A stretch of DNA of 64,000 nt, from positions 19,771 to 83,770 of IMG/VR virus record IMGVR_UViG_3300020204_000036; one strand, written 5' to 3'. Source of the stretch: a virus. The notes under the pieces are model-generated. The model was not told where the DNA came from and did not search any database. It worked only from the letters and a program-made list of their open reading frames with translations. A program made the position numbers and the translations under genes. Position 1 is the stretch's first letter, and each line of letters begins with the position of its first letter. This document shows, one piece after another, positions 1 to 11,580 of the stretch.

Positions 1-1
1 A

Positions 2-607
2 TCGGCTAAAATTACAGGTTCATTTGAAATGACTGAACCAGCACATTCAGCATTATTTAACAGAAGAGTTGTTGGTGGAGAAATAATGATTGTAAACAAA
101 TACCTCATAAATGACTTTGAAAAAATTGGTATTTGGTCAGAAGACTTAAAAAACGAAATTATTATAAATGAAGGTTCAATTCAAAATATTAATTTTAACA
201 ATTATTTAGACACTGAAGACAAAAATTACAATAAGAAAGTTAAAAGAATTGAACATTTAATTCCTAAATACAAAACAATTTGGGAGATTTCACAAAAGCA
301 ACTTATTGATATGGCATCAGAACGAGCACCATTTATTGACCAATCACAATCAATGAATATATATATGGCAAACCCAACATTATCAAAGATTACATCATCA
401 CATTTTCACTCATGGGAAAGTGGTTTGAAAACACTTTGTTATTATGTTAGGACAAAGGCAATATCAACAGGAGCGAAACATTTGGCCTTAGATATGTCAA
501 AAAAACAAACCCCACCTTCACCAAAACCTGATAGGGTATTTAATGAAGGTATTTTACCTAAAAGACCAACAGATTCTGAATTTGAGTGTTTTGGTTGTTC
601 TTCTTAA
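2..607 (+). CDS. nrdA: Ribonucleoside-diphosphate reductase alpha subunit, class Ia (C-terminal part; 5' end outside window)
   Basis: FIDQSQSMNI, GLKTLCYYVRT and C-terminal CxxC (CFGC); frame is open from position 2 (SAKITGSFEMTEP). Confidence 0.95.
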   Translation, partial: SAKITGSFEMTEPAHSALFNRRVVGGEIMIVNKYLINDFEKIGIWSEDLKNEIIINEGSIQNINFNNYLDTEDKNYNKKVKRIEHLIPKYKTIWEISQKQLIDMASERAPFIDQSQSMNIYMANPTLSKITSSHFHSWESGLKTLCYYVRTKAISTGAKHLALDMSKKQTPPSPKPDRVFNEGILPKRPTDSEFECFGCSS

Positions 608-611
608 ATTT

Positions 612-637
612 AATCCGAGATTACTCTCGGATTTTTT
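612..637 (+). terminator. Intrinsic terminator after nrdA
   Basis: AATCCGAGA-ttac-TCTCGGATT followed by a T run. Confidence 0.85.
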
Positions 638-672
638 GTTTTATGTTATTTAACTAAAAATATTGAATATTA

Positions 673-679
673 TATTTAT
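673..679 (+). promoter_or_regulatory. TATTTAT putative late promoter (representative copy)
   Basis: Recurs 4-30 nt upstream of at least 15 start codons on both strands. Confidence 0.65.
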
Positions 680-684
680 TAAAT

Positions 685-1149
685 ATGGCACAAGGAAATA
701 CTTATGGAGTTATTTTTCCATTTAGAGAAAGTCCTCTAAATTATTACTTCGGTTTGAGTGAAAACGCTGGTGATGAAATTAGAGCTAATCTTCTACATCT
801 ACTATTAACCGCAAAAGGAAGTAGATATTATAATCCTGATTTTGGAACTAGGATATATGAATATATTTTTGACCCACTTGATGGCGAAACTTTTGATGCT
901 ATAAAATCAGAAGTCCAACAGCAAATTGAAAAATACATACCAAACTTAACCATTAATGATATAAGTGTTGTGCCGTATTTGCAGTCTGACGAGGCGCCAG
1001 GAGAATTGAATCAAGATTTATTAGGAACTAGTGAGATATATAAAATTCCTGGTAAAGAAACACAAGAATATACCGCTAAACTTACTATAGATTATACTGA
1101 CGATAATAGTGCTTTTGGTTCAAGGGAATTTATAATACTTAATATATAA
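685..1149 (+). CDS. Baseplate wedge subunit, T4 gp25-like
   Basis: NLLHLLLTAKGSRYYNPDFGTRIYEYIFDP matches the gp25/GPW pattern. Confidence 0.9.
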   Translation: MAQGNTYGVIFPFRESPLNYYFGLSENAGDEIRANLLHLLLTAKGSRYYNPDFGTRIYEYIFDPLDGETFDAIKSEVQQQIEKYIPNLTINDISVVPYLQSDEAPGELNQDLLGTSEIYKIPGKETQEYTAKLTIDYTDDNSAFGSREFIILNI

Positions 1150-1150
1150 T

Positions 1151-2989
1151 ATGGCAACACAAAAAATTAACTATACTAGTAGAGATTTTGATAGTCTAAG
1201 AAAAGACCTGATTAATTACACACAACAATACTACCCCGACATAATCCAAAATTTTAACGACGCTTCAATTTTTTCAGTGTTGATGGATTTAAATGCCGCT
1301 ATAGGTGATAATTTACATTTTCATATTGACAGAAGTATACAAGAAACTGTTTTACAATATGCTCAGCAAAGGTCCTCTATTTTTAATATTGCAAGAACAT
1401 ATGGATTAAAAATTCCAGGTTTTAGACCATCAGTTGCCCTTGCAGACATTTCGATACAAGTTCCGGCATTTGGAGATAATGAAGATACTCGTTATCTTGG
1501 TATCTTAAGAGCAGGTGCTCAGTTTAATGGAGGGGGTCAAACTTTCGAAACGGTTTATGATGTTGATTTTTCAACTCAATATAATAATGAAGGGTTTAAT
1601 AACAGAACTAAAGTTCCTATTTTTGACGCTAACAATAAAATAATTAGTTATATAATGACTAAAAGAGAAGTGGTCGTTAATGGCGTGACTAAAGTTTATA
1701 AACAGGTTGTTAATGCTTCAGACGTTATTCCATTTTATAATTTCTTTTTACCTGAAAAAGATGTGTTGTCTGTGACAACTATAATTCAAAAAGACGGAAC
1801 ACAATATCAATCAACACCAACTAATGCGGAATTTATAACAAGCCCAAATAAATGGTACGAAGTGGATGCTTTAGCAGAAGACACCGTCTTTATCGAAGAC
1901 ACTACAAAACCAATTGATAATGCGGGTATAAAAGTTGGAAGATATATTAAAACAGATAATAGATTTATTTCTGAATACACACCTGAAGGGTATATGAAAA
2001 TTCAATTTGGTGCGGCAACAACAACACCAAATCAACAATTACAACAGTTTGCAAATATTGGAATACCCTTGAAAATACAAAACTACCAAAATAACATAGG
2101 ATTAGGTTTAACTGTAACACCAAATACCACCTTATTTGTTCAATACCGAGTTGGTGGTGGAACGGCGTCAAATGTTGGTGTTGGAGCCATTAATCAAGTA
2201 GGGTTGATTGACTTAGCGGTTAACGGGCCATCACCCCAAATTAATCAAAGCGTTATTCAGTCAATTAAAGTAAATAATGTTACAAGTGCTGTCGGTGGAG
2301 CAAATCAACCAACAATCGAAGAAGCAAGAAATATGGTTGCATTTAATTTTGCGGCACAAAAAAGAGCCGTAACCGTAAATGATTATAAATCCTTGATTGA
2401 CACAATGCCTGGTAAATTTGGAGCGCCGGCAAAAGTTGCAATTACAGAAAATAATAACAAAGTAACCGTTCAAATTTTATCTTACGACGGAGATGGTAAT
2501 TTAACACAAACAGTTCCAAACGCACTTAAAACAAATCTTGCAATTTACCTTTCTAAATATAGAATGATAAATGACTACATATCTATTGATGTCGCTAAAG
2601 TAATTGACTTGGAATTTGAAATTTCAGTTGTGATAGAAAACAATACCGCCCAAAGTCAGATAATTGCCCAAATAATAGACCAAGTTTCTAAATATATGAA
2701 CCCTCAAAACAGGGACTTAGGGCAAAATGTAAATGTTTCAGATGTTAGAAACTTAATACAAAATACTGCCGGTGTCAGTACCTTAACGGATTTGAAAATT
2801 TACAATAAGGTTGGAGGGCAGTATTCTTCATCAGAAACATCACAAAGATACGCCGACATTGAAACAAAACAAATTCTTTTGATTGACGATACTATTTTTG
2901 CAGAACCTGACCAAATTTACCAAATTAGATTTGACTCAAGAGACATCAATGTCAGAGTCAAACAACTAAGAACTGTAGACTTCTACTAA
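1151..2989 (+). CDS. Baseplate wedge protein, T4 gp6/baseplate-J-like
   Basis: N-terminal YTSRDFDSLRKDL, YRVGGG..NV, AQKRAVTVNDY; follows the gp25-like gene. Confidence 0.88.
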   Translation: MATQKINYTSRDFDSLRKDLINYTQQYYPDIIQNFNDASIFSVLMDLNAAIGDNLHFHIDRSIQETVLQYAQQRSSIFNIARTYGLKIPGFRPSVALADISIQVPAFGDNEDTRYLGILRAGAQFNGGGQTFETVYDVDFSTQYNNEGFNNRTKVPIFDANNKIISYIMTKREVVVNGVTKVYKQVVNASDVIPFYNFFLPEKDVLSVTTIIQKDGTQYQSTPTNAEFITSPNKWYEVDALAEDTVFIEDTTKPIDNAGIKVGRYIKTDNRFISEYTPEGYMKIQFGAATTTPNQQLQQFANIGIPLKIQNYQNNIGLGLTVTPNTTLFVQYRVGGGTASNVGVGAINQVGLIDLAVNGPSPQINQSVIQSIKVNNVTSAVGGANQPTIEEARNMVAFNFAAQKRAVTVNDYKSLIDTMPGKFGAPAKVAITENNNKVTVQILSYDGDGNLTQTVPNALKTNLAIYLSKYRMINDYISIDVAKVIDLEFEISVVIENNTAQSQIIAQIIDQVSKYMNPQNRDLGQNVNVSDVRNLIQNTAGVSTLTDLKIYNKVGGQYSSSETSQRYADIETKQILLIDDTIFAEPDQIYQIRFDSRDINVRVKQLRTVDFY

Positions 2990-3063
2990 ATCATTTATTT
3001 TATTTCTTAGATGATTAGTTTTTAATAAAAAACCTAAATTATCTATTTATTTTAAAATAATTA

Positions 3064-6000
3064 ATGACAAAAACATATAGACTTAAGGCTCAACCACTAA
3101 AGGACCAAAATTTAAGAATCAGTGTAACCCAAGATTTTGACTTTTTAGAAATACTTTCTCTCAAATTGAGACAAGAGGATGTATACACTAGATTTTGTGC
3201 CGATTATGGTGTAGTAGCAGGAAGAGTTGTAGTTAACGGTGGTTATGGTGTCCCCAACGCCAATGTGTCAATTTTTGTCCCTTTGGATGTTTTTGATGAA
3301 AACGACCCAATAATATCAACATTATACCCTTACAAAAGACCTGAACAAAAAAACGAAGATGGTTTTAGATATAATCTACTACCATACGTTCAAGAGTATG
3401 GCGGTCACATGCCTACTGGCACGTTCCCAGATGTGGAGGACGTTCTTAAAAGAAAAGAAGTACTACAAATTTACGAAAAATATTATAAATACACCGTCAA
3501 AACAAATGAAAGTGGTGATTTTATGATTGTTGGAGTGCCTTTAGGTATTCAAACTGCTGTATTGGATTTAGATTTATCTAATATTGGTTGTTTTTCATTA
3601 AGACCTTCAGACCTAATAAGATTAGGTCGAGGAAGTTCAGAACAATTTGATGGAGACAAATTTAAATCATCAACCGACTTAGATTCTTTACCACAAATTG
3701 TTGGACAAAAAAAAGACATTGATGTTGCATCTTTTTGGGGTGAAGAAAATATTTGTAATGTTGGTATCACAAGAGTTGATTTTGATTTAAGAGATTTAGG
3801 AATCGAAATAACACCTCAGGCGGTTTTTATGGGGTCTATATTTTCTACAAGTGAAGAGGATTTTCTAAAATCAAACTGTAAACCAAAAAAAGACTCTGGA
3901 AACTTATGTGATTTAGTAACAGGGCAAGGTAGGATTTTAGCCATTAGACAAACAATTAATTATGATGTAAACGGTAGACCCGCTTTGGAACAGTATTCTT
4001 TACCTGAAGGTGGAAAAGTTATTGACGACAACGGGACTTGGTTGGTAAATGTTCCCATGAATTTAGATTATGTTACAACAAATGAATTCGGAGAACAAGT
4101 GTTGTCAACAGACCCGAATGTCGGAATACCAACAAAAGGTAAATATAGATTTAGAATTCAATTCCAAAATGAAGATGGTATGAGGGCTAGTGTATTAAGA
4201 GCCGATTATCTCGTCCCAAACGTAAAAGAATGGGGATGGACAAATGCAAATGTAGATACACCAACAGACCCCGCTGCGCAGTTAAAATCATATGCCTTTA
4301 GTTTAGAGTGGGATGACTACGGAGATGTTAATACCACAATAGGTCAACAAATGATTCAAGAGGCCGTCAATTGTCAAGATAAATTTTACGAGTTGCATTT
4401 CAACAAGGTTTATACTATTTCTAATTTTATTGATAGGTGGAAATGGGGATTTAATAGAAGTAGACACTTGGGAATTAAAGAAATAACAGACAGAAGATGC
4501 ACAACAACAACAAATAGATTTCCAGTCAATGATGGTGTAAGAAACTTTGACTTTATTTTTTTCCTATTTAGTTTATTAACAATTTTAATGACCCCAACGT
4601 TTATAACTTTAATAATTATTTTACATGTATTGGCCTTTTTATATCCGATAATACGAATTATTATAAATTTAATAATACGGTTGATTAATGGTGTCATTTA
4701 TGGTATTTGTTTGGCGATAAGATTTATAACTTTTGGAGCAAGACCGAAAGGTGGTTGTAAAAGAGAGCCGATAAAACCTTTAGATAAAACCAACCCTTTT
4801 AAAAGAATATCCTTACCGATGTTGTCTTATCCTGATTGTGAAGCTTGCTCTTGTACCGATGAACCACTAACAGAAGACGCGACACAATCCCCGTTTGCAC
4901 AGACTGCAAACGCTTCAATATCGTCACAAAATAATAGCTCACTTGGAGACACAAATTCCACAGTTAGTTTCAGCACCTATAATTCGATATTAGCGGCAAA
5001 CTCTAATGATGTTCCTGCTTACAACAATGGGGTTGCACAAGCAATGGCGGGTTACCAATTTCAAAATTTAGGAAATAATGATGATAAACTAATAAAAACA
5101 CCAATTGCTGAAATTCCTGCTCAAGGTGGAATAAAATTTTTAGCAAATGACATTACATTGTCACAATCTTTAAATCTTGCAAATTTAAGACAAAGATATT
5201 TTGATGGGGAAAACCTCATTCAAACCACTGTTAGAAACACAATTCCAAATACAATAACAGTTGATGCGTCACAACCATTTACCGATAGTGTATTAATGTT
5301 ATTTGTCGATAGTGGAACATTCAATGGATTACCACCTGGACAAATATTAACATTCCAAGATGTTAGTAAAATTAATGACCCTAACTTAACAGGAATTACA
5401 AACGCTAATCAATTTAACACTAATAGTATTACAGGCACAACCTTGTTTAACGCATCAAGTTTAGTTACGGTTCCTGTGAATTATATAAATCAATCAGGAA
5501 CACAACAAACCGCAAACTTGAAGTTAAAAATCTCTGAAGATGGAAAAGATTATAAATTTCCTGCCGGTGTCGAATACTTTCAAGTAATTACAGGAGGGAC
5601 TGTAACACAGTTTTCTGGTTTGACAAATACCTCGGGAGGATTATTAAATAAATACCTATTTAAAAAAACACAAAGATTTTGTTATGGTCTGTTACCTCAA
5701 CAGTGTGACTATGTATTCCCAATTAAATTTATTGATGATTTTGCAAATTACGAGGTAATTTTCTTAACAAGAGGAACTGACCCATATACAGAAAAACAAA
5801 ATATCAAATATGACTTATCAAAACTATTTGGTTACAACTTAGGAACTGGACCATTTGTTGAGGGTAGTTATTACTTGAATATACCAATTCAACAAAATAC
5901 GGGTAGTGGTTTGTGGTTTAATGATTATAAAACACCAGAATCACATTTAGTTGCAAATAACACGAACGTTTCTCTTTATCATCCGTCATTTGGATTTACT

Positions 6001-7917
6001 CCTGACGCTACATTATTTTCGGCGTTTACAAATAACAGCCCATATTATTATAACTCGACCGATAAATCACAAAGCACGTTTAAAGCTTATAGTTCAGATG
6101 TTCTTAGTTTGGGGTATTTTACATTACCACAAGGTGTGTATTCTAATATTCAACCAAGTGTTTGGAATAATAGATTAGCATTCCAATGGACAAACGGTGT
6201 TTTAACTCCTCAAGGTAATATTGAAGGTGGTTCATTAATCGCGTCTACTGCAGTTCCTGGAACTCCATTAAACACTACAAATACAACAACAAGAGTTTAC
6301 TCACCAGCCTACCACACAACAGTAAATACAAATATTACAGTATCAAACTCAACAAATATTGTTTTCAGGTCAGATAGATTGCCAACTTCAGATATAACAG
6401 AAGTAAGTGGTAATAGTTCTTTTAGTTTATTTTTAAACGACAACTTTTTTATATACACTGTTGATGGTGGTGGAGGAGTTACTTTAGCTCCCACAACTAA
6501 TGGACCTGGTGATACAACAAACAACGCTCAAGACATTACAGGAGACACACCAAGTCAAATTTCAAATACTATTTTAGCATCATTAAACTGTGAAAATATG
6601 ACAGTATTAAAATGTTACCAAGGTGGAGGAACATCATTTTCAGTTCAAAATCCTTGTAGTGAAAACCCCAACGGTAAAAGAATGTCTGGAGGTTGTTATA
6701 AGTTTGTTGATAACCCACTGATTGTTTCAATACCAAAAGACATAACTTACTTTTTTGAATGGAAGACTAGATTTAGAATGGTATTTGCCGCATGTAGAGG
6801 AATTTTCTCTCACGTATTTCAAAACAATTGGGTTAATGGAACATTATATATGTTTTCATTAAAAAAACAAACAATTTTTAGTATTACAGGACAACCTAAA
6901 AAATATAAGTTTTGTGGAACACCTGATAGTACATTACGACCACATCAAGGACCAATATTTTACACTCGTGGAACTACCAATTCACTTTTCTATAGAAGTG
7001 CAGTATACGATGGAAATAACTTTATTGGTCAAAAACCAAGACAGGGAACATTCTTAAACCCAACATTACAAGATGCTAACTTTAAAGGGATGAATACTCG
7101 TAATCTTTTTTTTCCAACGACAATTATGGATTTGGGGCCAAGAGATGAATTCACAAAACAAATTTGTACTAACCCTAATTTCGAAGGATATTTAATTGAA
7201 ACAATCAAAAGCACATCATATAATGACAGTTCAGAAATTTTACAACTTTTTATCATATCAAGACTTATAAACTCAAACTTTTGGGGACAAGTTTTAGGTT
7301 TAGGAGATGCATCGATAAATAAAATGTTTTCGAGAAGTGAAGATAGAATAGATGGTGATGTTGCACAAATGTTTTCAATAAACTCTGAATACGGTATAGA
7401 AGAATTTGATGAAGACAACTATTCTGACAATGAACTTTATTTAGGAACGGGAGATGCACTTATGGGGATATTTTTTAGTTCTAATACGGTAAACAGACTA
7501 ACCTTGAGTCCAGGTATTCAAACCTTTACACCATCACTAACAAACTTTTTCGGGTATCCAAAAACACAAGTTGTTCCAACATATCAATGGAAATCAGATG
7601 TAACTACAACAATATTTGGTTCAGATAAAAACGATTGGTATACTAACGTATTATCAAGTGGTGGGTTTTATTCACAACCATATCAAAGATTTAGTTTCAA
7701 ACCGCCAACAACACCATATTTTAATTCTTCAACAACAGGAAGAAGAGGTTTTATATACAACCAAACAACACAAGGCTTAGCAAATCCTAATTGGCCCGCA
7801 GGAACACCTCAACAGTATGTTGTTGGTGGTCCAAATCATTTTTATTATGGATTAAATAAAGGTAAAAGTGCGATAAACAGATACATTAAATTATACATTT
7901 TAAATCAAGATGAGTAA
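3064..7917 (+). CDS. Large virion (baseplate/tail-associated) protein with an internal hydrophobic segment
   Basis: 1617-aa ORF in the baseplate cluster; N-terminal beta-sandwich-like region (VAGRVV..GVPNANVSI..KTNESGDF); ~60-aa hydrophobic stretch. Confidence 0.6.
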   Translation: MTKTYRLKAQPLKDQNLRISVTQDFDFLEILSLKLRQEDVYTRFCADYGVVAGRVVVNGGYGVPNANVSIFVPLDVFDENDPIISTLYPYKRPEQKNEDGFRYNLLPYVQEYGGHMPTGTFPDVEDVLKRKEVLQIYEKYYKYTVKTNESGDFMIVGVPLGIQTAVLDLDLSNIGCFSLRPSDLIRLGRGSSEQFDGDKFKSSTDLDSLPQIVGQKKDIDVASFWGEENICNVGITRVDFDLRDLGIEITPQAVFMGSIFSTSEEDFLKSNCKPKKDSGNLCDLVTGQGRILAIRQTINYDVNGRPALEQYSLPEGGKVIDDNGTWLVNVPMNLDYVTTNEFGEQVLSTDPNVGIPTKGKYRFRIQFQNEDGMRASVLRADYLVPNVKEWGWTNANVDTPTDPAAQLKSYAFSLEWDDYGDVNTTIGQQMIQEAVNCQDKFYELHFNKVYTISNFIDRWKWGFNRSRHLGIKEITDRRCTTTTNRFPVNDGVRNFDFIFFLFSLLTILMTPTFITLIIILHVLAFLYPIIRIIINLIIRLINGVIYGICLAIRFITFGARPKGGCKREPIKPLDKTNPFKRISLPMLSYPDCEACSCTDEPLTEDATQSPFAQTANASISSQNNSSLGDTNSTVSFSTYNSILAANSNDVPAYNNGVAQAMAGYQFQNLGNNDDKLIKTPIAEIPAQGGIKFLANDITLSQSLNLANLRQRYFDGENLIQTTVRNTIPNTITVDASQPFTDSVLMLFVDSGTFNGLPPGQILTFQDVSKINDPNLTGITNANQFNTNSITGTTLFNASSLVTVPVNYINQSGTQQTANLKLKISEDGKDYKFPAGVEYFQVITGGTVTQFSGLTNTSGGLLNKYLFKKTQRFCYGLLPQQCDYVFPIKFIDDFANYEVIFLTRGTDPYTEKQNIKYDLSKLFGYNLGTGPFVEGSYYLNIPIQQNTGSGLWFNDYKTPESHLVANNTNVSLYHPSFGFTPDATLFSAFTNNSPYYYNSTDKSQSTFKAYSSDVLSLGYFTLPQGVYSNIQPSVWNNRLAFQWTNGVLTPQGNIEGGSLIASTAVPGTPLNTTNTTTRVYSPAYHTTVNTNITVSNSTNIVFRSDRLPTSDITEVSGNSSFSLFLNDNFFIYTVDGGGGVTLAPTTNGPGDTTNNAQDITGDTPSQISNTILASLNCENMTVLKCYQGGGTSFSVQNPCSENPNGKRMSGGCYKFVDNPLIVSIPKDITYFFEWKTRFRMVFAACRGIFSHVFQNNWVNGTLYMFSLKKQTIFSITGQPKKYKFCGTPDSTLRPHQGPIFYTRGTTNSLFYRSAVYDGNNFIGQKPRQGTFLNPTLQDANFKGMNTRNLFFPTTIMDLGPRDEFTKQICTNPNFEGYLIETIKSTSYNDSSEILQLFIISRLINSNFWGQVLGLGDASINKMFSRSEDRIDGDVAQMFSINSEYGIEEFDEDNYSDNELYLGTGDALMGIFFSSNTVNRLTLSPGIQTFTPSLTNFFGYPKTQVVPTYQWKSDVTTTIFGSDKNDWYTNVLSSGGFYSQPYQRFSFKPPTTPYFNSSTTGRRGFIYNQTTQGLANPNWPAGTPQQYVVGGPNHFYYGLNKGKSAINRYIKLYILNQDE

Positions 7918-9625
7918 TCAAAATGAAATAAGAATAGTTCTCGGCTCTGAAAGAAGTGCTGGTAGTGTCGATAGAGATGTTTTGATACAACCACCATTGA
8001 TTGGGGATAGAAGAGAGTTGATTGAAGGAGATAGAAGTATTTTAGTAAATCAACAAACTGTTTTCAATCAAGAAAGACAATCAAGTGATAAGTTTAGAGT
8101 TGCTGGTAAAATTACAAACCTTTTTGATAACGTAGTTACCGGTAAAACTTCATATACGCCATTTAAAAATTATCTGTATTATACAAATGCCATAACAAAC
8201 GCCACTAATAATTCTAATTTTTGGGAAGGAAATCCACAATTTGATGAATTTACAATGGTAAGAGTGAGTGGTATCACAGGTCATATTCCTTTTGTGACTA
8301 AAAGTGCGTCATCATATAATTGGTCATTTTATATTAGTTATGCGTTTTCTAGCACTACTGCTCAAACAATGTCCTATACTGATGAAAAGTTTGGTGTAAC
8401 AAATAGTGGTTTTTTGGCTGGTAACGGTATACCTTATGTTTTGACTACAGGTAAGTTTAACGGTAAACAACTTGTTTATTTTTATTGTGGGACAATTCAC
8501 AACTTAAAAATTGGAGATTTTGTTGAACTATCGGTCCCGATTAACAATAGAACAATTTTTCAAGTTTATTCTTTAGGTGATGGAACCATTAATTCAGAAG
8601 AAAAAGTTTTTACGATTTATGATTTAAAATACCCACCCGTTGATGTTCAAACAGGTATATATGGAAATTTAAAAAGAATTACTGAAACTTCGAACTCTGC
8701 AGAAACAAAATCAATATACTACGTAAGATTACATAAAATAATAAAAAACAGCGAACAATGTAATATTGCTAAAATTGGTTTTGAAAACAATCCATTTGCT
8801 ATTGATAGAAAATTAGAATATTCAGCACTTACACCTAATCAAATACAAAGAGTTTCGATAAAAAATAATACTCAAAGTTTTTCATTCACATTTGACAAAG
8901 ATATAAAAATTGCCCCTTACATTGACAACAATGGAAAACCAATAACTGAATTATTTTTTACCGTGGTAAACAGAGGATATATGGGATGGTTTAACAAACC
9001 TTTTCCAAATCAAAATGGAACACTTAGCGGTATTGACATTGGATGGAACTTTAACTTTTTAGAAAATTCTGTTGATACTTGGTGGAATCACAGCAGTTCT
9101 TTGAACAAAGATAACATACCAACATTATCTTATTTCTATAACGGTCAAACTTTTTACTATAATGACATATTAAATGAAAATGATGTTATTTTTGGAGATT
9201 TTTGCGAATACAATTATATCGAGCAAAAAGAATATGTTTTGTCAAAAATAGTACATAAATATTCATTTAATGATATATTGTTTCAAACTTCAGGAACTCA
9301 AAACTATCCTGATGGTTATTTATATAACCCCCACCACTCAATACAAATTAGAGCTTTTAGCGATTATGTTGAAAATGGTGATAGACAATCTGTAGATGGT
9401 ATACCAGGATATTCTTGGTTTAGTGAGTTCAATAATAAATGGTTATGGAGAGATTTATATACATATGGGTTTATTGATAGTGACGGTATAGGGGTTAATA
9501 ACCCATTCATAAACGGAGCTCATTATCCATTTCTAAATTGTATATTTTTACAATACCCAATTCAAAGAAATAACAATACATTCTCTAATGAATATCAACA
9601 AATTATAAACGACGATTGTGAATAA
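7910..9625 (+). CDS. Putative virion structural protein
   Basis: 571 aa, overlaps neighbouring genes, aromatic/Asn-rich, inside the tail module. Confidence 0.55.
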   Translation: MSNQNEIRIVLGSERSAGSVDRDVLIQPPLIGDRRELIEGDRSILVNQQTVFNQERQSSDKFRVAGKITNLFDNVVTGKTSYTPFKNYLYYTNAITNATNNSNFWEGNPQFDEFTMVRVSGITGHIPFVTKSASSYNWSFYISYAFSSTTAQTMSYTDEKFGVTNSGFLAGNGIPYVLTTGKFNGKQLVYFYCGTIHNLKIGDFVELSVPINNRTIFQVYSLGDGTINSEEKVFTIYDLKYPPVDVQTGIYGNLKRITETSNSAETKSIYYVRLHKIIKNSEQCNIAKIGFENNPFAIDRKLEYSALTPNQIQRVSIKNNTQSFSFTFDKDIKIAPYIDNNGKPITELFFTVVNRGYMGWFNKPFPNQNGTLSGIDIGWNFNFLENSVDTWWNHSSSLNKDNIPTLSYFYNGQTFYYNDILNENDVIFGDFCEYNYIEQKEYVLSKIVHKYSFNDILFQTSGTQNYPDGYLYNPHHSIQIRAFSDYVENGDRQSVDGIPGYSWFSEFNNKWLWRDLYTYGFIDSDGIGVNNPFINGAHYPFLNCIFLQYPIQRNNNTFSNEYQQIINDDCE

Positions 9626-10460
9626 TAATTATTACAGATTTAGTAATACACCAAATGATACGTTCATTAACATACCTGTTGAAGTGACTTTCGATATGGC
9701 AGGAAGAAATGATGGGATAGTTGAATTTGAAAATAATATATTACAAGATTTAATAAACGGTATTGATGATTTTGAAACCACAAGGTTTGCAAATAAACCT
9801 TATCCACAAACCCCTGATAAAACCGATATAAACTATGATTTTTACTTTTTAGATTCAACCGTTCAAGTTACAATGGCAACTTCAAGTGATTGGTCTGTTG
9901 ATTACGCAAACGCGACATTCAAAGACTCTGAATTATTTTATTTTGCAAATTCATTTAAAGGTAGTTTTTTCAAATTGGATTTTTATGATACTAAAACAAA
10001 TGAAAATCAAAAAGCATATTTCAGTGTAATATTACCAACACAACAAGGACAAACAAGGGTTGGGTTTTTGGGGCCATTAAATAACCAAACACAAGTGAAA
10101 GTAAAAAAACCAAAAATGAAATTGGACTACACAGGCGCAGATAAGGAAGGGTTTTTTATTTATTGGTTAAAAGAAAGAGATTTTATTAACATTACAGAAC
10201 TTTATATGACTGCAAAGTTTTTTAACGCAAAAACAGGTCAATTTGTTAGATTTATGAATGAGCCACAATCCACATTCTCTGCGGGAAATAAATTTAATTT
10301 TGATAAATCACAATATTTTTATTATAAAGTGGAATTAGATTATACAAACTACGAATACCAAGTTTATAAAGAAATACCACAACAGAACCAATCCCCCACA
10401 TTATTTAGAGTTGGCGACACGACAAATGTCATAAAATGGTATGAATACGGAAACCCATAA
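9618..10460 (+). CDS. Putative virion structural protein
   Basis: 280-aa ORF coupled to its neighbours in the tail module. Confidence 0.55.
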   Translation: MNNNYYRFSNTPNDTFINIPVEVTFDMAGRNDGIVEFENNILQDLINGIDDFETTRFANKPYPQTPDKTDINYDFYFLDSTVQVTMATSSDWSVDYANATFKDSELFYFANSFKGSFFKLDFYDTKTNENQKAYFSVILPTQQGQTRVGFLGPLNNQTQVKVKKPKMKLDYTGADKEGFFIYWLKERDFINITELYMTAKFFNAKTGQFVRFMNEPQSTFSAGNKFNFDKSQYFYYKVELDYTNYEYQVYKEIPQQNQSPTLFRVGDTTNVIKWYEYGNP

Positions 10461-11548
10461 TGGAAGCAGAAAAATACTCAATTGTTGTATCTCCCGAAAA
10501 CATTGTATCGGATATTTTTATAAAAACATACAGTGGAGATAGTGGACTTCAAACATTTGGTGTTTATTCAGGTATGTCCTATATTTTAAGTGGTGGAACA
10601 GGTGGGACTTCATTACTTACGGGATTAACAATTCCTATAATGCTAACTCAAACAATGAATGACATTGGTTTTTATAGTGAGTTTGACGGATTATTATTAC
10701 AAAAAGATGTATTAACAAATTTGTTATTTTCTGCAAATACTTTAAGTCCATATGACGTATATTTTTATAATACGTCGGGAGATATTGAAATATCGTTCAT
10801 CAAACTCTCGAATTATTTTGTGGATTGGGGCGACGGTAGTCCCATACAACAAGTTTCAAACCAACAAATAAATCACTTATATCCAACAACTCCTAGTGGA
10901 TATACTATAACTTTTTCAGGTCAAAACACTTTTGGAATGACCGTAATTCAAAAACCTATTTTTGTTCCACTTACTGGCGTAACTATAACAAATTTACAAG
11001 GTAATTTTACTTTTACACCACAAGGTGGTGTGTGGTCAGGAATTCCAATTAGTTATGATTTTATCGCGACAGGTGATTCACAAAACAATGTTGTTTCACA
11101 AATATCAAGTTCATATACAAATGTTCCGTTTCCTGTTTCAGGATTTACAAAATCAAAATTAACTCAAGTAAAAAGATATGGACCTAATCCATACACAATA
11201 GGATACACATTCATAAAAAATGGAGCACCATACGGTCAAATTGATTCAATTACCCCTTCATTTACTTCATACACAATTAATGATATAACATATTACGATT
11301 TTCCAAATGGGCAAACACTTTATTTATTACAAAGTTCAGGATTTACTCAAAATGACTTATTATTTTCTGCCATAACAAAAAATGAATACCTATTAGATTT
11401 TGTTATGGACCCTGAAGTTCAAAGTGATGTTTATATTGAAAGAGGTAAATATACCGCATTTGAACCTTTACAAAGACTGAACGAAGTTGATAATTTAGGT
11501 GACATGATTAGATACGGTTATGGTTATTATAAAATTAATGAAACATAA
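10460..11548 (+). CDS. Putative virion protein with PKD-like domain
   Basis: VDWGDGS..INHLY PKD signature. Confidence 0.6.
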   Translation: MEAEKYSIVVSPENIVSDIFIKTYSGDSGLQTFGVYSGMSYILSGGTGGTSLLTGLTIPIMLTQTMNDIGFYSEFDGLLLQKDVLTNLLFSANTLSPYDVYFYNTSGDIEISFIKLSNYFVDWGDGSPIQQVSNQQINHLYPTTPSGYTITFSGQNTFGMTVIQKPIFVPLTGVTITNLQGNFTFTPQGGVWSGIPISYDFIATGDSQNNVVSQISSSYTNVPFPVSGFTKSKLTQVKRYGPNPYTIGYTFIKNGAPYGQIDSITPSFTSYTINDITYYDFPNGQTLYLLQSSGFTQNDLLFSAITKNEYLLDFVMDPEVQSDVYIERGKYTAFEPLQRLNEVDNLGDMIRYGYGYYKINET

Positions 11549-11580
11549 AAAAAGACATAAACTATTTATAAAATAAAAGA

